Assembly: GCA_965113315.1 (NCBI GenBank)
Contig: OZ220377.1
Strand: one strand, 5' to 3'
Length of the DNA: 64,000 bases
Origin: Podarcis vaucheri
Lineage: Eukaryota
Part shown: piece after piece, positions 1-12,249 of the stretch
Layout of the letters: every line of letters begins with the position of its first letter
Numbering within the stretch: the first letter of the stretch is position 1
Notes under the pieces: generated by a model
The model's input: the letters and a program-made list of their open reading frames with translations, nothing else
Databases searched by the model: none
Told to the model about the DNA's origin: nothing
Program-made: the position numbers and the translations under genes

Positions 1-363
1 TATGGATTTGTATATAGAGATGCTATAATGCTGGCTGTTTTTATTTCAATTCCTTTCCTAATAACCTTTCAGGGAATTTGCCATTTTCATTTTCTAGTCA
101 CTGTGCACTAAAGATCTCTTTCCTAGTTAAGTCAAAACATAATTTTTAAAATGGTCGTTCTTTTGTCTGACCCAGCTCTTCAGATACCTCCCCAGAAGAA
201 AGCATCTCTTGGGGGGGGGGGGAGGCATCTGCCCAATATCTGGTGCAGCTTCCCTTAGCCCAAACTTGCCTCATTAAAACAAAATAAAACTGGCGTTCAG
301 TAAAGAGGGCAAACTGAACCCCTAGCTGTAGAGAGCAGCCACCTCCCAGCCCTCACTTCTTAC

Positions 364-2511
<2,148 letters not shown>

Positions 2512-3007
2512 ACGCCTCCTTGGCCGCCGGCCGGGCAGCAGGCAGGCAGGCAGGCGCTCCGAGGAGACGACCTTGATGGGCTCCAGCTGGCAGGACGCGG
2601 GGCCCGCTGTGTTCTGGCTCCCCACACTGCAGAGCCTGCACCGCGCAGACCCGTGCCGTCGAGGCTGAGGCTGCAATGATTGGCCGGCAAGAGCCGCCCG
2701 CCGCTCCGCCTCCTCCTTCACGTGGGCTCCTTGGCAATCCCGGTCTGGATCCTTCACTCCGCCGTGTGTGCGGGAGGGAGCCTCACCTTCTTCTTGGCCG
2801 ACGACCACGCTTCGCAGGCGGGCGGAGGAGATTTGCTTCGTAGCAAACCCTCGAGGGCAAAATGGGGTCGGCCGCGAGCTTTTCCAGAGAACGGAGAGGG
2901 GGAGGCGCCTCTGCCGGCTGCCCGTCCCCGATCCGCTGCATGACGAAGAGGTGCTCTGCCAGAGCTGTCTGGCTCCTCCTTATTCCAAAGCAGCCTATCC
3001 CTGACAT

Positions 3008-3077
3008 TCTTGCATTGCAGGGGGTTGGACTAGATGACCCTCAGGTGTCCCTTCCAACTCTACAATTCTTTGACTCC
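3008..3077 (+). mobile_element. CR1-type 3' tail fragment
   Basis: gggggttggactagatgaccctc...cttccaactctacaattct; similar tails at ~12607-12657 and ~23850-23902. Confidence 0.65.
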
Positions 3078-4079
3078 TGAGCTCACCCCGCCAGGGAAAG
3101 CTTTTGCCTTCGCTCCGTCTCCTTTTGAGTTCCCACAGGCATCAGGAAGGCCACCTTTAAAACACCTGGAGTTTAAGACTGGTGATTCTGAGAAGTGATG
3201 GGGTTTATGAGTGCTTTATTAGTGTATAAAGCAGAACTTGGCCACATGAGTGTGTTTGGGGCAGGTCATCTTCTGCCATCAGGACTCCTAGAACTTTCCT
3301 GGTTAGTTCAGACCCCCTTAGCAGGTCTGTGAAACTTGGATTATTATTTTTTAATCCATTGTGCATCACTAATTGCATTTGCCATTTTACTGCTCATCCA
3401 CTCAGTTTGGAGAGACCCCTTTGCACAGATCTCGTGGTTTGTGAGGCCACACCACGTGGGTCACAGAGAGGCTGGATTCCAGCTTAGGCTGAGCAGACGA
3501 AAAGGAGCATTGCATGTGTGTCTGGACTAGGTCAAGTTCTGGATGAGACACCCATTTTATCAATTTCTACAAATGCTCTGATGTGGCAGGAGAAAGGCGG
3601 GAGCCAATTTTTAATACGATACATATTTCTGGCCAGTCACATGCCTGTTCCTTTCTGCTGCCACATTGCAGCACTGGTTTTCATTTAGTAGTAATGCTAA
3701 AGCAACACTATGTATATTGCTCTCTTAATTGCCATTTTAGAATTAACAGTGGGCGCTATTAGCAATTTTAAGTATAAATTAAAAGTGAAAGTGGGTCCCA
3801 TGTTGCAGCTTGGGACTCAGAGGTGGGTCTTGGGTCTGGATCTGTTGAATAATACTGCTTTAGAGCTCCTCCTACTCCCTGCATAGTAATGTTGTGACTT
3901 GTATTGGTTTCCACCAGTTTTCCAGGAGCAGATAAACAAACAGGCCTGTAATTTCCCAGATCCCTTCTGAATCGTTTTTAAAAAGTTGGTGCTACATTGA
4001 CCGCTTTCCAGTCCTCAGGTATTGTTTCTCAATCTGAACAATTAATACAACATAAAATTACAATTTTGTCACAGAGATC

Positions 4080-4145
4080 TTTATTAAGAAAGAAACAAAA
4101 CTTATTACAAAGGTTTTTCAGGGTGCTTAATTTGCATAGTTTATT
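4080..4145 (-). terminator. Candidate TTC36 polyadenylation signals
   Basis: Minus-strand AATAAA at 4140-4145 and 4080-4085, 120-180 nt past the stop. Confidence 0.55.
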
Positions 4146-4263
4146 CCGGACCGTAACCCGATGGAACATTGTTTTTATATTATCTTTGGAGCTTGAAAGG
4201 TGAGGAGTAGCACCCCCAGCTTGCCTTTGGGAGAGAAATTGCAGGCTGAGCCCTCATTTGTCC

Positions 4264-4562
4264 TTAGCGACACACTTTCTCCCCAGAGGAAGCCTCCAGC
4301 TGAGGCTCTTTGCTTGGGCCCCTCAGTTTCTTTATCATTTCGGAGAGCATCTGATTGCAGAGGGCTGCGTACGGATTCATCAGGACCAGCTGGCGACGGG
4401 CAAAGGCACTGCCCAGTCTGGCCGCTTGCTCAAAGTCCCTATGGGCCTCTTGCTCGTGGCCTTGCAAGCGCTGGATCAGCCCTCGCTGCACAAACGCCTG
4501 GCAGGCTACATGGCCAACGCCCCTGCTAAGCTGCAGTGCCATACCCAGGTCCTCCAGGGCAC
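4264..4562 (-). CDS. TTC36: TTC36 coding exon 3
   Basis: 299 nt to TAA; ALEDL...[11 protein letters not shown]. Confidence 0.93.
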
Positions 4563-6222
4563 CTGACGGGGAGAGAAGAAATACATGCAAATGATGGAGG
4601 GGAACGCCATGGAACCTGCCTTGTGAATCATAGCAGAGATATTGCAGAAGGGGAAGTGGCAGCAGCTGTGCCCACAGTGGCACCATCTTCAGCATGGACA
4701 GAGTTGAAATGGAAAGCAATTGTTTTATTAAGATTGGGGACTGTTTTTGGTGGTTTGGGTTCCGCTTTAGGTAGCAGGTTCTTAGCTCAGAGCTTTGATT
4801 CTCGGCGACCTTGTAGGGCTGGCTGTGGCATGGGGAGATGCCCTAGTAGATGGGTTCCCAAGCAAGCAGAAGCACCAATACTGAGCCCAGAGAACAGGTG
4901 ATGGGAAGGTCTCTGAAAAGCCCTTGAAGAGGACAAGGGACGTGGTGTTCCCTGTCCAGGGGGTTTGCTCAGCCCTCCTTTTGCTCAGGCTACACAGCAG
5001 CCATGGTGCCTGTCCCAGGCAGAGGGCCCCTATCCTCTGTGTCAATGCAGAAACGTGGAGACAGAACAGCACTGCCTTGCTCACTTACTTGCTGTGTTGT
5101 CCTTGAGGCGGAAGGCCTGGGCCCGGTTGTTGTAGGCTGCGGCTCGCTCAGGGAGCAGCTGAATGGCCCGGTCAAATCTCTCCAGGGCCTTCTGCAGGTC
5201 TCCAGCTTCGGCAGCTTCAATGCCCTGGATCTCTAGCTGAGTGGCTTGTTCCAGGAGCGCCGGGTCAAAGGTTGCTTCTGTCTCATTATGAGGAGAAGCA
5301 CAGTTTTGTTAATAGCTCCAGGTCAAGGGCGGGGGGACAGTAGACAGCTAGACTATATAGGCATGCAACCCCCCCCCCCATCCTACAGCCACTGGAACTT
5401 CCACTGGCCTCCAATCCAGTGCTAATTACACGGCTGACTACATCACAACCGCTAAAATGCAGCCGCTCAAGAGAGCCCAGAAATTTCTTAGGGACAAGGG
5501 GACAGAAAGCCTGTGGGGAAAAGCCCACCCACCTTCTCCAGGGCAAAGTGCAATGAATTGTGGTCAGGTGACGATCAGAGGTCAGGCTGCACCACCATGG
5601 ACGTGAAGCCTGCAGAAGAAGGCTGGCAAGTTTCTGAAAGCAGCCTCCCCCCCACTGCAGACCAGGGGTGACAACTTGGATAAGATATTTGGGGGGCAGG
5701 TATAAACCCCAACCCACCATAATTGATTGCAAGACATGGTGCACACACACAATTTGAATGGCAACGCCCATCAACTTTTGGGGCCCCTTCAATATTTTAT
5801 TGGGGGGGGTGTCGAAGGCACCTCGGCCCCTAGGAGTTGGCTTCTATGCTGCTGATGGTGAGGGAGAGGCCCTCTTTTCCAGGGCTATGATACGAGAGCC
5901 TTGTAAAGGCCTCCTTAATGAAAAACAGAGGGATTTGCTGCTGCTCCAATTACACAGAGATGGGTAGGTGGGGCTTTCCCCTTTGCAGCCCCCCACCATC
6001 CTTGAACCTCCACTTCTTGGCAGTCTGAAGCTGCTCTGATGCCTCTGGGAGCTCAAGGTAGAGACAGGAAAGTCCCTCTCCCCTGCCCCATCTCAGGCAG
6101 AAGCCAAACTCACCTTCTCCATTGAGGGTCTCCTGCTCCTTCAGCTCATCAGAGAGGTCGCCAAAAGGGGCGTCGGGGTGGAATATGCTTTGCAAAACTG
6201 CCCTGTCGTGTGCTGTTGCCAT
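4264..6222 (-). CDS. TTC36: Tetratricopeptide repeat protein 36, 198 aa
   Basis: Exons 6114-6222, 5089-5277 and 4264-4562 join in frame: [22 protein letters not shown]...[11 protein letters not shown]...QAFVQRGL...[27 protein letters not shown]. Confidence 0.95.
5089..5277 (-). CDS. TTC36: TTC36 coding exon 2 (TPR)
   Basis: 189 nt; [40 protein letters not shown]; donor A|gtaagt. Confidence 0.92.
6114..6222 (-). CDS. TTC36: TTC36 coding exon 1
   Basis: ATG at 6222; donor AAG|gtgag; 109 nt. Confidence 0.9.
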
Positions 6223-6915
6223 GTCGGCTCCTGCGGATGAGATCTTGAGTGACCTGGGAGAGCAAGTGGGGGGTGAGAGAGAGAGGGGCTGGCTTACCAA
6301 GCAGCCAATAGCAATGGGGGAGGAGATGGGGCAATGCCCTGCTGCTGCTGCTGCGTCTAGGTCTAAGTGGGTGCTGTTGCTGGAGCTGAAACAGGGAAGT
6401 TTTTTGACCCCCAAGCACACTCCCAGGGCTGGGGGAGGAGCAAGAAGGGCGGGAACTAACACAGTGCAGGAATAACAAAAAAGGGAGGGGGCGCACACAT
6501 ACCTCCAGCCAGCTCAGATGCTCTGTCCCAGAGTTTCTAGCAACACTGGTGGAACAGCAGGGCTGGAGAAAGGTCGACCCAGCCGCTTTCCCTGCTGCAG
6601 TAAAGACCAAATTTTCCTAACAGGCTTTGGGGGATTTCTGTAGCTAATCCGGATTACATTTGCTACTGTTTTGAGTCCCACGTTTTACTATGCTGTGTTA
6701 CGGAGTTCAAACCACGAATTTGCTGGGCTGGAAGGGGCTAGGATGCAGTGCAACTGCCCTCCACAGCAGAGGGGAGCCCATGCTGCTGGGAATCTGCTGC
6801 TGCTGCCAGAAGTTCATCTGTCCACTAATGGGCAGCTTGGTGGATGAAGGTCAGGCCTGCCACTGATCTGCCTGGCAAAAAAGGGGCATGTTAGAAGCCA
6901 GCAGGCTGCCATATA

Positions 6916-7124
6916 CAGTGGTACCTTGGGTCACATAAGCTTCAGGTTACAGACTCTGCTAATCCAGAAATAGTACCTTGGCTTAAGAACTTTGCTTCAG
7001 GATGAGAACAGAAATCGTGCTCCAGCGGTGCGGCGGCAGCAGGAGGCCCCATTAGCTAAAGTGGTGCTTCAGGTTAAGAACGGACCTCCGGAGCGAATTA
7101 AGTACTTAACCCGAGGTATCACTG
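6916..7124. mobile_element. Tc1/mariner-type MITE
   Basis: TIRs CAGTGGTACCTTGGGT / ACCCGAGGTATCACTG, flanked by TA; near-identical copy at 43456-43681. Confidence 0.85.
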
Positions 7125-7547
7125 TATATGTAACCCCTGCTCAAGACTGCAACTATTCCAGGATGCTATGCCTACCAAAGGGGCAATGCACAGGGACATG
7201 TCCCATGGGAAACAACAGGCTCAAGCCGATCTGGGAAAATCAGCTCCCTGCCCCTCTCACCGGCTACCCTCATGGTGGCATGAAAGCACTCTCCAGATGT
7301 GGAACCATGCAGGCAATCAGAGTTTGACAGGATATAAGCCACACCTGTGCCAGCCACAATTATTGTTTCTCTTGTGCAGTGACACTATGCCAGCTGCACT
7401 TCTCTTGTGGGGACTTTTGAGCTTGGGATGCATTTCTTGAAATGCTACTCTTGCCACGCACAAGGCCAGGTAAAAGAGTGAGCAGTCTCAACGCATGGAT
7501 GAGACCAGTGGTGTCAGGAGGCAGGGCATGGATTTGCAAGATGCCAA

Positions 7548-7879
7548 GGGACGCGGGTGGCGCTGTGGTCTAAACCACAGAGCCTAGGGCTTGTGGATCG
7601 GAAGGTCTGCAGTTCAAATCCCTGCGACAGAGTGAGCTCCCGTTGTTCAGTCCCAGCTCCTGTCCACCTAGCAGTTCAAAAGCACGTCAAGTGCAAGTAG
7701 ATAAATAGGTACCGCTCCGGCGGGAAGGTTCGCCAGAAGCAGCTTAGTCATGCTGGCCACATGACCCAGAAGCTGTCTGCGGATAAACGCCGGCTCCCTT
7801 GGCCTATGGAGCGAGATGAGCGTGCAACCCCCGAGTCATCCGTGACTAGAACCAATGGTCAGGGGTACCTTTACCTTTA
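7548..7879 (+). mobile_element. Sauria-type SINE (near full length, small internal deletion)
   Basis: Head gggacgcgggtggcgctgtggtctaaaccac, body gtgagctcccgttg...gtgcaagtagataaataggtacc, (ACCTTT)n tail; homologous to 56554-56844. Confidence 0.85.
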
Positions 7880-8029
7880 TGGGACTTTTGGGGACAAGCT
7901 GGACCAATGCAAAAGCGATGGGCTCCACCTGAACCAGTTTGCTGGCACCTAAAATGAAAAGGGTGGCAGAGCAGCTTTAAAACTCCTAGTCAATGATGGC
8001 TGTGTACTACTTCCAGTATCCGAAGCAGC

Positions 8030-8190
8030 CTGCCTCTGCACATCAGTTTCTGTGTACCAGTGGAAGGGATACCCTTTACACTTGGGTCTTCACTGTGGGC
8101 TTCCCTTTGGGGCATCTGCTCCGCCTCTGTGAGAAGAGGATGCTGGACTGGACGGGCCTTTATTTGGATTCAGCAGGATTGTTTTTATGA
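8030..8190 (+). mobile_element. Degraded LINE/SINE 3' fragment (CR1/L2-type tail)
   Basis: ctgtgagaagaggatgctggactggacgggcc...cagcagg resembles 42000-42240 and 42570-42750. Confidence 0.45.
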
Positions 8191-8285
8191 GGTATCTCTT
8201 TCCCCACAAGGTTTCCCCTTTGCTTCTGGGCAAGGAAGCGTGTAAGACTGTTGCAGCACTTTCACCTTGCAGAATATCAACTATA

Positions 8286-8525
8286 CAGTCGTCCTCTGAA
8301 GTCGAACGGAATCCATTCCAGAAGACCATTCGACTTCCAAAATGTTTAGGAACCAAGGCACAGTTTCTGATTGGCAGCAGGAAGCTCCTGCAGCCAATCG
8401 GAAGCCGCAACGGGCGTTCGGGTTCCAAATAACGTTCGCAAACAGGAACAATCATTTCCAGGCTTGCGGTGTTCAGGAGCCAAAACGTTCATCTCGAAAG
8501 GCGTTCAACTTCTGAGGTACGACTG
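8286..8525. mobile_element. Tc1/mariner (Tigger-like) MITE
   Basis: Imperfect TIRs TA-CAGTCGTCCTC ... GAGGTACGACTG-TA. Confidence 0.75.
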
Positions 8526-8727
8526 TATTGCAACAAGGAAAGAAGCCCAAGAGGTGAAGTAAATGGTCTTACCTTGTGTTTGTATGGTGCAGCCTAGAAG
8601 AGGTGACTTCCTTTTTTATTGTTCCTTGAGAGCTATATACAAACTAGCCCCCCTCCCCTGCTGAAAACCTCCGCAGCCTTGATCAATAAATGAAAACACC
8701 ATCCTCTGAAGCAATAAACTTGACATG

Positions 8728-8733
8728 TTTATT
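8728..8733 (-). terminator. Candidate KMT2A polyadenylation signal
   Basis: Minus-strand AATAAA at the end of a U-rich block; implies a 3'UTR of ~8710-11973. Confidence 0.65.
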
Positions 8734-11700
8734 AATTAAACTATCACTTAAATAAAAAAGTGCATAGAAAATAAACATGTTTAAAAACTCCTTTTTTTGT
8801 ACAACTATATACACTTGTTTTTACATTCAGTCTTTCATGGAACTTTTCAGTCATTTCTTGAACTACTGAAAGTACTTCCTTCATCCCTGTGACGATGACA
8901 GGGAATTAACACTGATGCAGCACGAGAGACGCGTTTCCTCTTTTTAAAGAAAACAAACAAACAAACAAACAAAAGCCCAAACAATCTGGAAGAACACAAG
9001 AAATAAAACGAAGAGAGAGAGAGATTGGTTTTACATGATAGTTGCTTTTTCTCTGGAACAAAACCCTGTTTGCGTAGCTTTTGCACGGTTTGAGACAATT
9101 ATTCACTACCTTGAGCTATTAAAAGACGGCTACGTTGAATCAAAGGAACATCACGAGCACAGTTCTCGGCTGAGAGGCAAAGCTGCAGGACCTTTGTTAA
9201 GGTACCAGGAAAGCAGATGATGGCGTTTTGGTACCTCAACAATCAGAACCCAGGAGGAGGCAGCGAAGGCGGCAAGAAACAAGTTGTACAAGAACTGACT
9301 GTTAACACTGAAGGTCAGGAGAATTCATAGCCAAGCCCCCAACAGCTTCCTGGGGGTTTGCATGCAGGCAGACTGAGCCAGAGCATCCACCCCTCCACCC
9401 CCGGTCCCTTACCCAGTCCTCCTTGGAGGAGGGAGACGTCAACTGGCCCCGAAGCCTCTGGCTTGCTGGTTTTCCTGCCTTTTGAGCAACTGGAACACAA
9501 CTCTTATCTATAGTGTTAAAGAGAATTCAAAGCCAGGCTTCAAGACATGGTGCAGTACGATATTTGTTCCTATATATACCATATTTATAGTTATAAAAAC
9601 TTGCAGGTGTGTGGGAGGAGGAGATGGTGGAGGGGAGGAGGATGGAGCAGCAATCTGGGTGAGAACGACATGATTCTGCACAAAGAACAAGAACCCGGTA
9701 TTGCTTCGCAAGGGAGGACAATGAAGAGAAGATTATTATACCCCAGCCCTTTGCAGTGACCCGCTTTTCCTTTAAAAAAATAAACACCTTAAAGGTTTGA
9801 CTCTTAGTATTCTCAGGTATCATGATCTCTGTCAGTCCTTAGAAATTATACATTCATATTGCCAGGAAGCCGCATGGAGCTCCTCCCTTTGCTCCACGGA
9901 TCAGAGCCAACACAACTGGCCAAGACCCCAACCCTTCCTTCTCTCTGTTCCTGCCGGCCTCCCCATGGAGCCCAGGCACAGTGGCATGCATGCCTTCTTC
10001 CCTTGGGTTACTGGCCATAGTGGCTGCCTGCTGCTGAGCTCAGTCAGAACAGGGTTTAGCAGCAGCAACAGCAGCAGCAAATGTCAGTGAGCTTGGACCC
10101 CAGTCCAGCTCTGCCCTGAGCCACATGCTTGTGCTCCTCCTCCTCCTGTTCCTTGCTTGGAACTTCCTTGTGGAAGAGAGGAAGAAGCAAGGGACGGAAC
10201 TCTCTTTTGACCTGGCAGCTACTGGCCCAGGGCTTTGGTAGCAGCAGGGGACATGCAAATTATGTTCCTCTTTGGCCCACAGGATGTGGCAGCCTGGAAC
10301 AGGAAAGCTGGAGGGCTACTCAATTCCCCCAAAACTCTGCCACATTCACCACAGGCAACCCAAACTTGGGTTTTGCGCCCCCCCCCATAGGAGAAATGAA
10401 CACATGCCCTGTACCACTCCAGCTGGAGCGGAAGGCTTAGTAGGTGCTGGCCTGTCCTCCCCAGGCAACTGGAAGCTGGGCTGCAGGAGAGGCAAGATCT
10501 TCATAGGGAATGTGCTTGTTGGCCCAAAAGAAGCCTGGCTGCTGCTGCGGCTTACTAGGCAACCATAGAAAGGTTTGCTTGCAGTTTCAGAGCCAAGGAA
10601 GTTTAATCTGGTGGCATGAGATGGAGCAGACCAGAAATGTTGGGTTACTGAGGTGTGGCGTGGTGGGATTTTGGCCTCTTCCCGAGAGAGGAAGGTCAGG
10701 GGGTCCCCTCTGTGCTGTACTCCCACCCCCATGTTAAAACCCAGCATCAATGCTGGGTTCAAAACACCTCTTGCAGATGTGTGTGTGTCTTCTCTCCCAC
10801 AATGTGTAATTCGAGGTCCAGCCGAAGCTTCCAGAAAACTGGAAAGGTTCTCCCCGCTGCCCCCGCTGCTCTCTAGAGGAAGGTTCAGACTGCAGGCCTG
10901 GCCAGCAACCTCCTAAAGCCCATCCTATGAAAATAATAAGGTCATTAAAAACCGATTCTTTTAAATTAGGATGACAACCACAATTGAAAAAATAGTTTCA
11001 TAAGTGCTCTTCGCTATGAAGTGCTTCTCATAGAAAAATATACAAAATATATTTACATTTACAAAACCTTAAATACTAAACTGTAAACAGAAGAACCAAG
11101 TAAAATCCAATGACATAATTCAAGAGGGTGCAAATGAAGGAGGCTGAAAGGAAGTTGTGCTGCTTGTGTTTGCTTTTAAACGGGCACATGATCCCACTAG
11201 GGAGATCCATCACCTTTTGGGTCCCCCAATCTTGGACCAGGGAACCCACAGCCTCTAGCTCACTGGGAGTGTTGGCACTCCCTGCCTTTTCCTATGTCAG
11301 AGAGCAGCTGGTAGGGAAGGAAATGCTATCAGCTGCTGTAGGCTGGAGCTCAGAGAGGCGCCAGGCCCACTGCCTGTGGGGCTCAGTTTCCTCTTGAGTC
11401 CCAACTGGAGGGCTAATGCAGGGCAGGGCAGGGAGAGGGCTCTAGGGACTGAATTCCTGGCAGGACAGCCTGCTTCCTAGGGCAGGGAGTCCACCTCGGC
11501 TGCACTTCTAACCTAACCTCACCCAAAGCGCATGGAAGCCCTCAGTCCTCATTGCTTGCCTGCTCAAATACTGATGAGCTATTCCTCGACAAGTCATGGG
11601 AATTTCAGGGAACAGCAACCAGAGGCAAGACACAAGGGCAGCTCACGGAGACCTGCAGGCCATGTCTCCAAGTCTGAGGAGGCAAGGGCCCGCCAAAGTG

Positions 11701-11973
11701 TGCGGGAAGGGAAACCCCACCTCTCAAGGCAGTCCTTGGCTGCTGCAGCAGCCCAACACTCCAGCAGTTTTCCTTGCAAGACGGGACAACGAAGTCCATC
11801 ATCTGGGCAGGACCTTTCACAAAGCCAAGGAGGCAGCAAACAATACCAGGCCTCGGCCACCTGCTGCCTGGCTTGACTCACTTGCCGTGGGAGGGCCACC
11901 CCACCCACCCCACCTTCCACACGCCTGAGACTGGCGGAGCCCAACCCCTACGACAGCCAGGTCAGGTCAGCGT

Positions 11974-12249
11974 TCAGTTGAGGAACCGGCGGCATTTCTT
12001 GGCACCGCAATTGCAGGGCAGCTTGTTGCTGGCGTCTTCGATAGGGAACTTGTAGTCGTAGGTCAGCTCCTCGCCGCGGTAGATCTTGCGCATGGCAAAT
12101 ATGACTATGTGCTTCTGCCCATCAATGTTGATGACTCGGGAGTAGCAGTTGGGCTCACAGGAGTGGTTGATGAAGCGGGCTGCGTTCCCGTGCATGGTGG
12201 CGTCCACCACCTCGGAGTCATCAATGCGGAACATGTAGCAGCCGATGCC
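11974..12249 (-). CDS. KMT2A: KMT2A exon 36 coding part (SET/post-SET)
   Basis: 276 nt; [11 protein letters not shown]...ELTYDY...[13 protein letters not shown]. Confidence 0.97.
   Translation of the reverse strand, partial: GIGCYMFRIDDSEVVDATMHGNAARFINHSCEPNCYSRVINIDGQKHIVIFAMRKIYRGEELTYDYKFPIEDASNKLPCNCGAKKCRRFLN

Noticed and set aside
1-363. TMEM25 terminal exon
   Set aside because: No match to the expected C-terminus (GYIY..SS.SSDEIWL-like); presumably beyond the window edge.
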